From: Nitrospirota bacterium
GTDB taxonomy: Bacteria; Nitrospirota; JACRHJ01
Assembly (NCBI GenBank): GCA_016212105.1
Contig: JACRHJ010000046.1
Span: 30,136 to 94,135, forward strand
Direction: 5' to 3'
Length of the DNA: 64,000 bases
In this document: positions 47,806 through 58,132 of the stretch, piece after piece
Position numbering within the stretch: position 1 is the stretch's first letter
Layout of the letters: every line of letters begins with the position of its first letter
Program-made: the position numbers and the translations under genes
The notes under the pieces: model-generated
Told to the model about the DNA's origin: nothing
Seen by the model: only the letters and a program-made list of their open reading frames with translations
The model's database searches: none

Positions 47806-50800
47806 CTCGGCTCCTCCGGCATACCCGCCACGGTAGAGATCATGCCCTTCGTATCCACTTTCCTTATCAGGTTGTCGTCCTGTATATACATGTTGTCCAT
47901 AGCGTCGAACTGTATCCCGACGGGTTTTATCAGGCGGGCCTCGGTCGCGGGGCCGCCGTCTCCGGTGTACCCGCACGAACCCCTGCCGACGACCGTGCTG
48001 ACAATGCCGTCAGCGGTTATCTTGCGTATGCGGAAGTTGCCCGTGTCCGTGACGAACACCTCGCCCAAAGAGTTTACCTCGATGTCCACCGGGTCGCGGA
48101 AGGCCGCGGTGGCCCCCGGCCCGTCCGACGTGAAGCCGGACTTGCCCTTGATGCCGGCGATTAGAGTGCAGTTGTATTCCGGGTCTATCCTGTAAATGCA
48201 ACCGCCGTCGATTATGTAGATGTTACCCGCCTTGTCCACTGCCATGCTGCCAACGGGGACGACCGGCCTTCTCTGGTCGCCCGGGTAGTAGCGGCTTATG
48301 CCGTCCATGTAGAGCCTGTCCGCTCGGCGGTCCTTATCGACTATCTGGTCCGCCTTTTTGAAGCAGTCGCCGGACCTGACGATGACCGAGGATATGGTCC
48401 CCTTGGCGTCTATCTTTCTGACCCTGTCGCCACCGTTCATATACAGCTCACCGGCGGGTGAGAAGTACATGGACCCGCCCCCGGAGATCTTTGCGGCCGT
48501 CGCCGGGCCGCCGTCTCCTGATATGCCCTCCGATTCCTCCCGCCCGGCCACGGTCGAGATTATTCCTTTGCCGTCCACCATTCTTATGAGTCGGCCGTCG
48601 GTGAGGTAGAGGTTGCCGGAGCGGTCGCATGCGAGCTGTTTCGGCCGTTTCAGGCAAGTCTCGATTGCTCTGACATTTTCTTCTACTATCCCACCGCATC
48701 CGCAGCCTGCATAACCAAGAAGCCAGCCGCCCGGCCCGACCTTCCAGACCTTGTAAGGTGTACCGAGGTCCTCGGCAATGAATATGTTCCCGGCCGGGTC
48801 GACGGCAAACCCTCCGATACGCATTGTGGCCTTGGTCGCCTGCGTACCGTTTACAATCTTGCTTTCCCGGAACTCGCCGCCAGCGAACAGGCTCATCCTG
48901 CCGTCCCCGTCCATCCTCCAAACAGATTGATATCCCAGATGGAAGACACCTTGATCGACAATGTATGACAGGGACGATTCCATGCCGTTTCGGACATCCG
49001 CTATGTTTCTCGTCCTGCCTGACGGTTCGATCTTCAGTATCCTGCATTCCTGATATTCGGTGGTGTACAGGTTCCCGTCGTCGTCCACTGTGACTGATGT
49101 AGGTTTAAACCGGAGGTCCAGCGCAGACGGCAGGCCGCCCTTGTACTCTGGGTGCGCCTCGAAGTCCTCGAATTTACCTCCACCCGCTACTGTCGTAATG
49201 ATGCCGTTATTGCCGACCTTCCTGATGCGGCCGTTCTCCTTGTCTGCAATGAACATGTTGCCGAGCATGTCCAGTGAGACGGCCACTGGGAAGTTGAGGC
49301 TTGCGAGGGTTGCCTGGCCTCCGTCTCCCGCGATGCGCCCCACATACTCGTACCGGCCGTAATGCTTCTCCTTTGTCATAAAGCCGTCACCGGCGACGGT
49401 ATTTATTATCCCCTTCTTGTCTATCACTCGGATGCGGTGGTTGTTCGTGTCCGCTATGTACAGGTTACCGCGGGTATCCATCTTGATGTCGGACGGTCGG
49501 TTCAGCAGTGCGAATGCGGCCGGCCCGCCGTCTCCGAGCGGGACCAGCGCCGGGTCTGCCCCTCTTTCTTTCAGCGCGTCCTTGTGCAGGCCTCCTGCGA
49601 ATGTCGTGATTACGCCGTCCGTGTCCACCATCCTTATAGTATTGCCGTCTATGAAGTACAGGTTGCCTTCACTGTCCAGAGCCGCATCTTTCGGCTCGCC
49701 CAGCCTCGCGCGCAGGGCGTCGCCGCCGTCCCCGCAGTACCCCTGTAAACCGTTACCTGCTATCACGTACGCGCGCCCGTCTTTATCGAGCTTTACAATC
49801 CGGAACTTTCTGCCGTCGACGATGTAAGAGTTGCCGTTCTTGTCCATCGCAAAGCCGCTTGGGTACTCTATGGTCGACAGAAGCTTCAGGCTATCGAGTT
49901 TTGTCGGATTAAGGTTTCTTTCTACAGGTTTGGTCAGGTCCGCAAGCGTAAGTCCCGTACATGGCTCGACAATCGTGGCCGGGTCTTTATAGTCTGGTGT
50001 ACCGTTACCAGCGACAACAGCAATTCTAGCGTATGAATTATCACTGCCGAGCCTAAGCAGCCGGCTCCGCCTCTGCACTGCCTCGCGCACATCATTATTA
50101 TCGGCAGACTGAAAATGGATCTGCCCGAATCTATCGACATAGCCTGGCCAGCTCTGCTGGTTGTATGGATATTCTACATGTACTTCATTGACGGTTATTG
50201 TTCTAACAAGGTCCGGCCTTGATATACGGTTCATCGGTACGGTCATCCTTCCGGCGGTTTCCAGTCTCATCACCGTGTGGCTTGTTGGAAGGGAAAAATA
50301 TAAAGCATCCTTGTTGTCCAGCGCGATATAGAACCTGGATTTCTTGTATTCGGTTCCATTATTTAACTTCGTTGTAGAACTGTTTTCCACAAGAGCTAAT
50401 GTCAATATGTCATGTCTTGTCAGGACCCTTACGCAGTGGTTGCCGAAGTCCGCTAAGTAGATGTTTCCTGATGAGTCTACGTCAATGTCGCTAATCCAGA
50501 GGTGATCAATCGTGCCGCTGTAAAGAATGGTGGAGATTATCCCTGCTTTATCCACTTTCCGGATATTGTCGCCGCAGGCAATATACAGGTTGCCGCCGGA
50601 GTCAAGGGCGATGTCTTTCACCCATCCGATAGCTGCCAGGGTAGCCGGCCCGCCGTCACCGCTTGAACCTTTGCTGCCGTCTCCCGCAACGGTGCTGATT
50701 ATTCCGTTGAGGTCTATTTTCCTGACGCGGCTGTTTCCTCCATCTCCAATGTAAATATTTCCCTGACTGTCAACTACTACGCCCTCAGGGCTGTTAAGCT

Positions 50801-51284
50801 CAGCATATAACGCCGGCCCACCGTCGCCGGAATATTTGCTGGGGGAAACGAAGTAATTTAGCCCCGCGATAGGTGTATAATTGCCGTTCGCGTCTATTTT
50901 GCTGATCATATTATTCAGGCTGTCAGCTATGTAGATATTTCCGGAACTGTCCACCGCAATATCTTCCGGATTGTACAATACCGTTGATAGATACTGACTT
51001 TCTCCTCTTGCTTCTTTTTCTGCCTGATAGTGAGGCGCTTCCAAGGTTGTGATAAACCCTTCCTTGTCCACCTTGCGGATGAGGTTATTGTCCGTATCTG
51101 CAATGTACATATTGCCGGCATTGTCGAAGGCTATGCCGTGCGGGTTGTTGAGGCTTGTCTTGGCGGCCTCGACCAGCCTTAGGCTGGCGTAAGGGTCCTT
51201 GACCGCGGTTGACTGTACCGGGCAGCAGGCGGTGAATGCCAGTACTGTAGATATTAGGATTGCTGCAACCGTAAGTCGCGTCAT
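47802..51284 (-). CDS. Large NHL-repeat protein, possible lipoprotein
   Basis: Signal with lipobox-like LAFTAC; multiple NHL repeats. Confidence 0.88.
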   Translation of the reverse strand: MTRLTVAAILISTVLAFTACCPVQSTAVKDPYASLRLVEAAKTSLNNPHGIAFDNAGNMYIADTDNNLIRKVDKEGFITTLEAPHYQAEKEARGESQYLSTVLYNPEDIAVDSSGNIYIADSLNNMISKIDANGNYTPIAGLNYFVSPSKYSGDGGPALYAELNSPEGVVVDSQGNIYIGDGGNSRVRKIDLNGIISTVAGDGSKGSSGDGGPATLAAIGWVKDIALDSGGNLYIACGDNIRKVDKAGIISTILYSGTIDHLWISDIDVDSSGNIYLADFGNHCVRVLTRHDILTLALVENSSTTKLNNGTEYKKSRFYIALDNKDALYFSLPTSHTVMRLETAGRMTVPMNRISRPDLVRTITVNEVHVEYPYNQQSWPGYVDRFGQIHFQSADNNDVREAVQRRSRLLRLGSDNSYARIAVVAGNGTPDYKDPATIVEPCTGLTLADLTKPVERNLNPTKLDSLKLLSTIEYPSGFAMDKNGNSYIVDGRKFRIVKLDKDGRAYVIAGNGLQGYCGDGGDALRARLGEPKDAALDSEGNLYFIDGNTIRMVDTDGVITTFAGGLHKDALKERGADPALVPLGDGGPAAFALLNRPSDIKMDTRGNLYIADTNNHRIRVIDKKGIINTVAGDGFMTKEKHYGRYEYVGRIAGDGGQATLASLNFPVAVSLDMLGNMFIADKENGRIRKVGNNGIITTVAGGGKFEDFEAHPEYKGGLPSALDLRFKPTSVTVDDDGNLYTTEYQECRILKIEPSGRTRNIADVRNGMESSLSYIVDQGVFHLGYQSVWRMDGDGRMSLFAGGEFRESKIVNGTQATKATMRIGGFAVDPAGNIFIAEDLGTPYKVWKVGPGGWLLGYAGCGCGGIVEENVRAIETCLKRPKQLACDRSGNLYLTDGRLIRMVDGKGIISTVAGREESEGISGDGGPATAAKISGGGSMYFSPAGELYMNGGDRVRKIDAKGTISSVIVRSGDCFKKADQIVDKDRRADRLYMDGISRYYPGDQRRPVVPVGSMAVDKAGNIYIIDGGCIYRIDPEYNCTLIAGIKGKSGFTSDGPGATAAFRDPVDIEVNSLGEVFVTDTGNFRIRKITADGIVSTVVGRGSCGYTGDGGPATEARLIKPVGIQFDAMDNMYIQDDNLIRKVDTKGMISTVAGMPEEPR

Positions 51285-51360
51285 TGTTATGTCCCCTTAT
51301 GGGTATCCATCCGCTGTTAACTTTCGAGATGACGAAAGTCCGCCGAATCACCTGCTCTGT

Positions 51361-52107
51361 TCAGAAGCGATAACCATCGTAACCTCTCTCGAACTCCCTG
51401 TCGGAAAGGCCTGGGTTGACCTTGAGATCTTTGTAGCCGTAGCTCTCAAGCAGCTCTCCCGACCAGCCGTAGACCATTATCTTCACCGGCAGGCGCAGGG
51501 CCTGGTCTTGCCATATCTCGGACCGTCGGGCATAGAAAACGCCCTTGCCGTCCGCCGGGGCCTCTACAACTATCAACCTGGCCGGCCTTCCGAACACTGT
51601 ACTGTCCATTACGGTTATCGTCCCTACACCGGCCTTCCTGGCCTTGCCGACCTCCCCGGTCACGATGTCCAGCATCCTGCCGATGCCGACGTCCGTGACC
51701 GGATGCCTGTTGCCTCTCATTGCGACCTTGCCGTCCGGGTCCAGGTTCATGACAATAGACCGGGTAAAGCCTCCGCCATGGGCAACCAGCCTGTTGCCGT
51801 TGGTACCGGTGGCGTACAGCAACTCGCGGCCCTCCCCAGGGCCCGGCAGCCATTTCATATAAATCTTGAACGGCTTCTTGAACTTCAGCTCGATGCTTTC
51901 GGCCGGAAGGAGTTTGCCGTCCACGCGTTCCTGTTTCTGGAAGTTCGCGGTATAGTCGGTCACGCGGGCATACGCCTCGCGCATCCGGTCGAGCTCCCTG
52001 ATGGCATCCTTGTCGAAAGACGCGCATGGCGAGACGCCGGGCCACAGGGCAAGGACTGCCGAGGCTGCGAGCAGGGCACGCATAATATAACTCATCATTT
52101 TATCCAT
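51361..52107 (-). CDS. DUF1571 / LolA-fold-like exported protein
   Basis: Signal peptide; DYTANFQKQERVDGKL, KPFKIYMKW, GRELLY, AMRGNRHPVTDVGIG, LLESYGYKDLKVNPGLSD. Confidence 0.75.
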   Translation of the reverse strand: MDKMMSYIMRALLAASAVLALWPGVSPCASFDKDAIRELDRMREAYARVTDYTANFQKQERVDGKLLPAESIELKFKKPFKIYMKWLPGPGEGRELLYATGTNGNRLVAHGGGFTRSIVMNLDPDGKVAMRGNRHPVTDVGIGRMLDIVTGEVGKARKAGVGTITVMDSTVFGRPARLIVVEAPADGKGVFYARRSEIWQDQALRLPVKIMVYGWSGELLESYGYKDLKVNPGLSDREFERGYDGYRF

Positions 52108-53273
52108 TCCATCAGCACGGGCAGGCCGTCTCCCCGGCAGCTCTTGATGATGTCGACCGCATCCGTCAACGACACTGGACGCGGGACGTTAGGGAAACCG
52201 TTCATATGCGAGGCGAGGCAGTGCCGCGACGGCGCTTCGATATTCGCGGAGAGACTGTCGAGGACCTCGCCGAGCCCCTCTGCGTACACGTTGCCGAACG
52301 AGACCGGGAGGAAGTCGCACGGGTAGACATCGCCGCCCGCGTTAATGTAGATAAAGGTATACCCGGCCTGGCATCCCAGGTAGTCCGGGCCTTCGAGCCG
52401 TGTCATTGTCGAGATGCGGACAGGAGCTCCTTTAATGCTCTGGCCGAGTCCCGGGTCGCGAAGCCTCATTTTCGTGTGTTCGGGAAGTTCTCTTGTTTTG
52501 GAACCTGTCCTGACCGGCATCGGGTCGAGGAGCAGTATCTCGTCCACACCGATGCTTCCGCAGAAGGATACGTACCGCTCCCATACGCCTTCGCTCAGCA
52601 ATTCCTCCGACGCGACCGCCTGCGCCGCCGTATGCACGCCGTATTTCTTGAACAGCCCCATAGCCCGGACGGCGTCATCAAAAGTGCCTGGCCGGTGCCT
52701 TGTATTGTCGTGCGACTCACGGTCGAAGTGGTCCAGGCTCACGAACGCCCGGCACAGTCCCGCACCTGCGAGCTGTGAGGCGCGGCCCGCGTCGAGCCCG
52801 ATGCCGGTAGTAAAGAGCGTGGTACATACCTCTTCGCCGCACAGCCCGACAATATCCACGAGGTCATCGCGAAGCAGGGGCTCGCCGCCTGTGAATGCGA
52901 CGCATGCTGTGCCCGCGTCCTTCAGCTCGGCAAGCAGCCTCCCGACCATCTCGAACGTCGGCTCGACGCGGCCAGAGGGAATGTTCGAGCACCGCTCGCA
53001 CCCGCAATCGCAGCGGTCTGTGAGGGAGATATGCGCCATGACCGGGACGCGCTCACCATGGGATACCCTTTTAAGGGAGTTCAGGTATCGGCCGAACGCG
53101 CGGCTCCCGACTGGCGGGGCCAGGTGGTGTATGTCTATCCCGTATCTCGTCCGAATCGGACGCGCGTCCCTCATGGACCTCCACATGGCGCGTGATATTG
53201 AAGGAGGCAGCGTCCATGCCTCGCGATGCCAGAGTGTGGCGAGCAGCATCCGTACGCGCCATGCGGTGTTCAT
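52095..53273 (-). CDS. Radical SAM protein with SPASM/twitch domain
   Basis: CDCGCERC, FTGGEPLLR, GCQAG..GDVYPCDF..C. Confidence 0.85.
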   Translation of the reverse strand: MNTAWRVRMLLATLWHREAWTLPPSISRAMWRSMRDARPIRTRYGIDIHHLAPPVGSRAFGRYLNSLKRVSHGERVPVMAHISLTDRCDCGCERCSNIPSGRVEPTFEMVGRLLAELKDAGTACVAFTGGEPLLRDDLVDIVGLCGEEVCTTLFTTGIGLDAGRASQLAGAGLCRAFVSLDHFDRESHDNTRHRPGTFDDAVRAMGLFKKYGVHTAAQAVASEELLSEGVWERYVSFCGSIGVDEILLLDPMPVRTGSKTRELPEHTKMRLRDPGLGQSIKGAPVRISTMTRLEGPDYLGCQAGYTFIYINAGGDVYPCDFLPVSFGNVYAEGLGEVLDSLSANIEAPSRHCLASHMNGFPNVPRPVSLTDAVDIIKSCRGDGLPVLMEWIK

Positions 53274-54613
53274 AACGGCCGCCCGAGGACGCTCTTCATA
53301 AATGCGGACCCAGCCGCCGAGCCGAACGACGGGCAGGCAGTTAGCACCGTATCAAGCGTGGACGTAAACCTGTCCACATGCTCAGGACAGGCGACAAGCG
53401 GGGGCTCGGCCCGGAGGACGTTCGGCGAGAGAGTGCACGAATGGGACACGATGCCGTGGTCGCGCAGCAGGAGGGCGGCAATGACATGCGTGAACAGCCC
53501 GTCCCGCGCCCACGCTGGTACGGCCCTGGAAAGTACTCCCTCCGGCCGCGTGAACTCTATCCCCACGAGCAGCCCCTCTCCGTGGATGTCTGTGATTACG
53601 GTATGGCGGCGCTTGAGGCCGTCGAGTAACCCGGCAAGCCGGACGCCCATCTCGCGCGCGTTGTCCGGAAGCCTTTCGGCCTCGACTATACCGATAGTTT
53701 CAAGTCCCGCTGTCATCGCAAGGTGGCCGCCGGCAAACGTCGATGCGGTGAGCGTGCAGCGTTCCGGCCCGGTGAACGCGCGCTTCCATACGTCGCCGGT
53801 CATCAGCGTCGCCGCGACGGGGACCATGCCGCCCGAAAGCGCCTTGCCGACAACGAGCGCGTCGGGGATTACGTCGGCGAAGTCCGTGGCGAACATTCGG
53901 CCTGTCCGCCCGAGCCCGGTCTGTACCTCGTCTATGATTAACAGGCAGCCATGCCGGGCGCATATCCTGCTCGCCTCCTTCAGGTATCCTTCGGCAGGGA
54001 CTCGCATACCTCCCTCGGCCTGTACCGGCTCTACGATGAACGCGGCAGGCTTTAGCTTGCCGCAGGTGGCTTCGAGCGCGTCCAGGTCGTCGAACGGTAT
54101 GTGAGCGGACCACGATGGCAGCGGCCCGGCGAGGGCGCGTCTCTTCTCGTCGCCCATCAGCGGCAGCGTCCCGGTGGTCTGGCCATGGTAGCCGCCATCG
54201 CACGCAAGTATGACCTGTCTCCCGGTTGCCGCCCGCGCCGCGCGTACTGCGGTGTCGACCGCCTCCGCCCCGGAGTTGGCGAAGCTCACGCGGTCAAGCG
54301 CAGGGTGGGTGAGCCGGGTCAGTCTCTCGGCAAGCAGCCCGGCGGACAGCGGCGCGTCTACATTCAGCATCGAGGCCTGCCCATCCGCGAGGGAGGCCGT
54401 GAGTCTTTCGATGAGGCGCGGGTGGTTGTGGCCTATGTTGTGGACTCCGAATCCGGCGAGGAAGTCGGTATACACCCTGCCGGTATAGTCGGTCAGCTCC
54501 ATCCCGCGTGCACGGACGAACATACGGCCGTAGTCGAGCGCCTCGAGCATCCGGACAAGGTCCGGGTTGACGAACTTCCGGTATAGCTCGTGCGCCTTTT
54601 CCAGCTCGTTCAT
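53270..54613 (-). CDS. Class III PLP aminotransferase (HpnO/putrescine aminotransferase-like)
   Basis: DFLAGFG, NSGAEA, YHGQT, EPVQAEGG, DEVQTGLGRTG, GKALSGG, STFAG. Confidence 0.9.
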   Translation of the reverse strand: MNELEKAHELYRKFVNPDLVRMLEALDYGRMFVRARGMELTDYTGRVYTDFLAGFGVHNIGHNHPRLIERLTASLADGQASMLNVDAPLSAGLLAERLTRLTHPALDRVSFANSGAEAVDTAVRAARAATGRQVILACDGGYHGQTTGTLPLMGDEKRRALAGPLPSWSAHIPFDDLDALEATCGKLKPAAFIVEPVQAEGGMRVPAEGYLKEASRICARHGCLLIIDEVQTGLGRTGRMFATDFADVIPDALVVGKALSGGMVPVAATLMTGDVWKRAFTGPERCTLTASTFAGGHLAMTAGLETIGIVEAERLPDNAREMGVRLAGLLDGLKRRHTVITDIHGEGLLVGIEFTRPEGVLSRAVPAWARDGLFTHVIAALLLRDHGIVSHSCTLSPNVLRAEPPLVACPEHVDRFTSTLDTVLTACPSFGSAAGSAFMKSVLGRPL

Positions 54614-56088
54614 CGCTTCAGCCTCGATACGGCGTCCGGGTAGATACTCTCCCAGGCCGCGTACCCCCCGTAGACCACGCGCACCCTAGGATGGCCGGCG
54701 TTGGCGAGCCGGTATCCGGCCTGGAACGAGAATATCCCCGTCCCGCACATGAGCACAACCTCTCTGTCCCAGGGTATCTGCTTGAAGTACCGCTCGAAGT
54801 ATATGTGCGACCACTCCTTCGCGCCCGGTATGCCTTCCTTCAGCATGCGCTCGTAAGGGAAACGGAGGTCTACGAGGAAGGTATCCGGCGACTCGATACG
54901 TTCGGCCGTCAGCTGTTGCGGGTCCATGTATGCGAACCCTGCCGGGTCGTGGGCGAGAACCTTTCCGAGTACCTTCAGGACGTAGCGCATGTCGGCCTCG
55001 GCCGTCGTCCTGCCCATGCTCATCCTTATCGAGGACAGCGCCTCCGCCTCGGACAGCCCCATGCCGATGAGCACATGCGATGGTTCGACGCGGTCTGCGG
55101 TACAGGCCGAGCCGATGGAGACGCAGACCTCATAGCAGTCGAGCCCGGCGAGAATGCGAATGTTCTCCCGGCCGGGGAACGTGAGGTTAATCGTCCCCGG
55201 GAGCTGAGAACCGGCGGGGGCATCGTTAACTATAATATCCGGGACAAGACTCCTGAGACCTTCGAGGAAATACTCGCGGAGCCTTGCAAGCCGTGCGAAA
55301 TCGCCCTCACGGCGCTCCGCCGCGAGCAAGGCCGCCCTGGCGAGTCCGGCAATCTGGTGCACACCCTCGGTCCCGGTGCGGAGCCCGCGCTCCTGGTCGC
55401 CTCCGCTTATGAGCGGGATGAGCTTCGCGCCGTCCCGGACGAAGATCGCGCCCGCGCCTTTCGGACCGTTTATCTTGTGCGCGGAGAGCGTGAGGTAGTC
55501 GCATCCGATGTCGTCAACATTTACACCAATCTTCCCGAACGACTGGACGGCGTCGGTGTGGAAGGGTATGCCCGCATCCCTGGCTATTTTGCCGATATCC
55601 TCGACAGGCTGCAGCGCGCCGGTCTCGTTGTTCGCGTGCATTACGGAAACGAGTATCGTGTCAGGACGTATAGCGGCCTTCACATCGACCGCCTTGACCA
55701 GCCCGTCCCGTCCCGCTGGCAGATAGGTTACGTCGCCGCCAGCGAGCTGCACCTGCTGGCACGCGCCGAGCACGGAGTCATGCTCTATGGCCGTAGTGAT
55801 GATGTGCCCCCGCCTGCCAGCGGCCTCGAAAACGCCCCTGATTACCGTGTTGTTGCCCTCGGTCCCGCCGGAGGTGAAATATATCTCCGAGGAGTTGCAC
55901 CCGAGTATCCCTGCAACCGTGTCCCGCGCGGTCTCCACGATGCCGCGCGCGTCCCGGCCCCTGGTATGAAGCGAAGACGGGTTGCCCCAGCGGCCTCGAA
56001 GGATTCGTGACATCTCCTCCGCGACTTCTTTTGCGACTGGTGTAGTCGCGTTGTGGTCCAGGTAAACCTGCCTTGGTATGTGGAACAT
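54610..56088 (-). CDS. Cysteine desulfurase (IscS/NifS class) fused to a C-terminal rhodanese domain
   Basis: YLDHNATT, GNPSSLH, HANNETG, SAHKINGPKG, SIGSAC; then DLRFPYE..IPGA..VLMCGTG..GGYAAW. Confidence 0.88.
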   Translation of the reverse strand: MFHIPRQVYLDHNATTPVAKEVAEEMSRILRGRWGNPSSLHTRGRDARGIVETARDTVAGILGCNSSEIYFTSGGTEGNNTVIRGVFEAAGRRGHIITTAIEHDSVLGACQQVQLAGGDVTYLPAGRDGLVKAVDVKAAIRPDTILVSVMHANNETGALQPVEDIGKIARDAGIPFHTDAVQSFGKIGVNVDDIGCDYLTLSAHKINGPKGAGAIFVRDGAKLIPLISGGDQERGLRTGTEGVHQIAGLARAALLAAERREGDFARLARLREYFLEGLRSLVPDIIVNDAPAGSQLPGTINLTFPGRENIRILAGLDCYEVCVSIGSACTADRVEPSHVLIGMGLSEAEALSSIRMSMGRTTAEADMRYVLKVLGKVLAHDPAGFAYMDPQQLTAERIESPDTFLVDLRFPYERMLKEGIPGAKEWSHIYFERYFKQIPWDREVVLMCGTGIFSFQAGYRLANAGHPRVRVVYGGYAAWESIYPDAVSRLKR

Positions 56089-56097
56089 CTCACCGCC

Positions 56098-56730
56098 TCA
56101 GTAGATGTATGGTATGAACCTGTAACGGACGTCCGACATGTACTCGCGGTATCCGGACTTAGTCACGAGGAACCGCTCCTCGAGGACTGCGCGGTATACG
56201 TAGGCCGCGGACGATATTACGAACAGCGCGAATACCGCGGGTGCCGGGTGGCTGATGAGATACCCGGCGCGGAGCAGGATGTCCGTCCCGTACATGGGGT
56301 GGCGTACCACTGAGTACAGGCCCGTCCGCCTGACCTCCCGGTACGCGATGAGTATCCCGAAGCTCCGGCCGAGGTTGATGAGCGATATGAGCCCGAGCAC
56401 GTTCGCCGTCATGATGACCGTTTTCGAGACTGTAAGAGCGGCCTCCCCGGTGCTCTCCGCTGCGCCTGTAAAGAACACACCCGAGAAAAACGCCGCGAGC
56501 GCTACACCCTGATGAAGGACATTCCTGTCTACTGTGATGTGGTCTTTCCTGACGAGGATAAGCACGACCATGACGAGGTTCTGGAGCGTGAACGCGGCCT
56601 CGATGTAGTCGAACCTGCCCTCCCGCCATGCGGTGTACGCCTGATAGCCGAGCCAGCCGGCGAGGTTAACGAACAGGTATAAGTTGAACGCCTTCTGGCC
56701 GTGTCTGTCTATGAACTCGCGGAGCGTCAT
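56098..56730 (-). CDS. Isoprenylcysteine carboxyl methyltransferase (ICMT/PEMT) family membrane protein
   Basis: Probable start MTLREF at 56730; LGRSFGI, GLYSVVRHPMY, EERFL, YRFIP. Confidence 0.82.
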   Translation of the reverse strand: MTLREFIDRHGQKAFNLYLFVNLAGWLGYQAYTAWREGRFDYIEAAFTLQNLVMVVLILVRKDHITVDRNVLHQGVALAAFFSGVFFTGAAESTGEAALTVSKTVIMTANVLGLISLINLGRSFGILIAYREVRRTGLYSVVRHPMYGTDILLRAGYLISHPAPAVFALFVISSAAYVYRAVLEERFLVTKSGYREYMSDVRYRFIPYIY

Positions 56731-58130
56731 CCCATAAACCTTGGGGTGTTGTTTCGGACGCAGGCCGGGAGGACGCGGCCGTCCGGCTGTGGGTAGCCCT
56801 GGCAGCAGCGCCTGACGCGGGCGATGTCGAACGTGTCCCTGTCCTGGAAGGCGTGTATGAAGATGGACTTGACCTTGCGCTCCATCATCGTGAACGCGGC
56901 CCTCGGGTCGAAGCAGCAGGCCGGCGCCTCCGACATCTCGCGCAGTATGCCGCGCAGCGCGGAGAGTACCGCCAGGCTCTCCGGCGCGGCGGCCACCGGG
57001 CCGGACCACAGGTCGTACACCATCTGCCTCAGGCGCGCGTGCTCATCGGGATCGAGCCCGTATACAACGCGGTTCGCGAGCGAGTCGAGCATGCCGTCCA
57101 TGTCCGCGAGCCTGGCGAAGGCCACCGCCTGCCCGCCTACGGTCATAAGGTAGAACGCGAGCGAGAAGCAGAGCGGGTGGCTGCACGGGAGCGGTATGAA
57201 GTCCTCGCGCGATACGAACGGTACGCCGGCCTCACCGATGAGCCGCGTGATGTCCGGTATGGTGAGCCGTCGCTCCTTGCCCGGCATGTCCTTAGCGCGG
57301 CCGGTGTAGGCGAGCGGCTGGACCATCAGGCTCACGATATTATCGTAACCGAAGAGGCAGCCGAGTATCTCCGGGAAGCGGTCGTCGTTTATGCCCGTTG
57401 CGGCCGTCATCACGAGCGAGGTAGTTACGTCCGCATCCTTCAATGTATCGAGTATCTCGCGCTTCTCGTACGCAAGTGGCCTTCCGCGAAGCTTTACGCA
57501 GACCTCGTCCGAGAACCCGTCGAGCTGCAGGGACACCACTACGTTTCTGGCCTTCAGCTCGCTCACGAGCGCTGGGTTGCGCAGAAGCCTCAGCCCGTTT
57601 GTCGAGATGCTTACACGCACTATCGCCTCGCGCGCGAGTGCCATGTCCACGATACGGAGGATGTCCTGGTGCAGGAGCGGTTCGCCGCCGGAGATGTTAA
57701 GGAGGTCTATCCTGCCTTCGGCCGCTACGAGCCTGTCGAGTATGCCGCCGAACTCATCCGGCGTCATGTCCCATGCCGAGCCGGCAGGCCCGCCAGACTC
57801 GTTGATGCAGATGGGGCATGCGAGGTCGCAGCGGGAGGTTATCTCTATAATCGGCATGCAGAGGTGCTGCTCGTGACGGGAGCAGTATCCGCATCCGTCC
57901 GGGCAAGGCGCGGACGCGTCTCCGTGCGCGGCCATCGGGACGGATGCGGGTTTGACGTACCTGAGCGTGCGCATATAATCGTCCGCGTCCGAGCGTATGA
58001 ACGCCCGCGACTCCCCGTGCTCCGGGCAGAACTTCAGCATGTGCACGTTCCCGCCGTCCTCGACGACCTTGGCCGGTGCTGGTTGTCCGCACTCCGCGCA
58101 GACAGACTGTGTAACAGTTATCAACCTCAT
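56727..58130 (-). CDS. Radical SAM protein, Tes/GDGT-MAS (MJ0619) family
   Basis: Start MRLIT at 58130; CAEC..CPEHG, CPDGCGYCSRH, CDLACPIC, HPLC, FQD..FDIARVRRCC..PAC. Confidence 0.82.
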   Translation of the reverse strand: MRLITVTQSVCAECGQPAPAKVVEDGGNVHMLKFCPEHGESRAFIRSDADDYMRTLRYVKPASVPMAAHGDASAPCPDGCGYCSRHEQHLCMPIIEITSRCDLACPICINESGGPAGSAWDMTPDEFGGILDRLVAAEGRIDLLNISGGEPLLHQDILRIVDMALAREAIVRVSISTNGLRLLRNPALVSELKARNVVVSLQLDGFSDEVCVKLRGRPLAYEKREILDTLKDADVTTSLVMTAATGINDDRFPEILGCLFGYDNIVSLMVQPLAYTGRAKDMPGKERRLTIPDITRLIGEAGVPFVSREDFIPLPCSHPLCFSLAFYLMTVGGQAVAFARLADMDGMLDSLANRVVYGLDPDEHARLRQMVYDLWSGPVAAAPESLAVLSALRGILREMSEAPACCFDPRAAFTMMERKVKSIFIHAFQDRDTFDIARVRRCCQGYPQPDGRVLPACVRNNTPRFMG

Positions 58131-58132
58131 TA

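Noticed and set aside
29579-51284. Repetitive sequence as a CRISPR array or DGR
   Set aside because: Repeats are in-frame protein modules (heme triplets, NHL) with synonymous variation; no constant repeat-spacer period, cas genes or reverse transcriptase.
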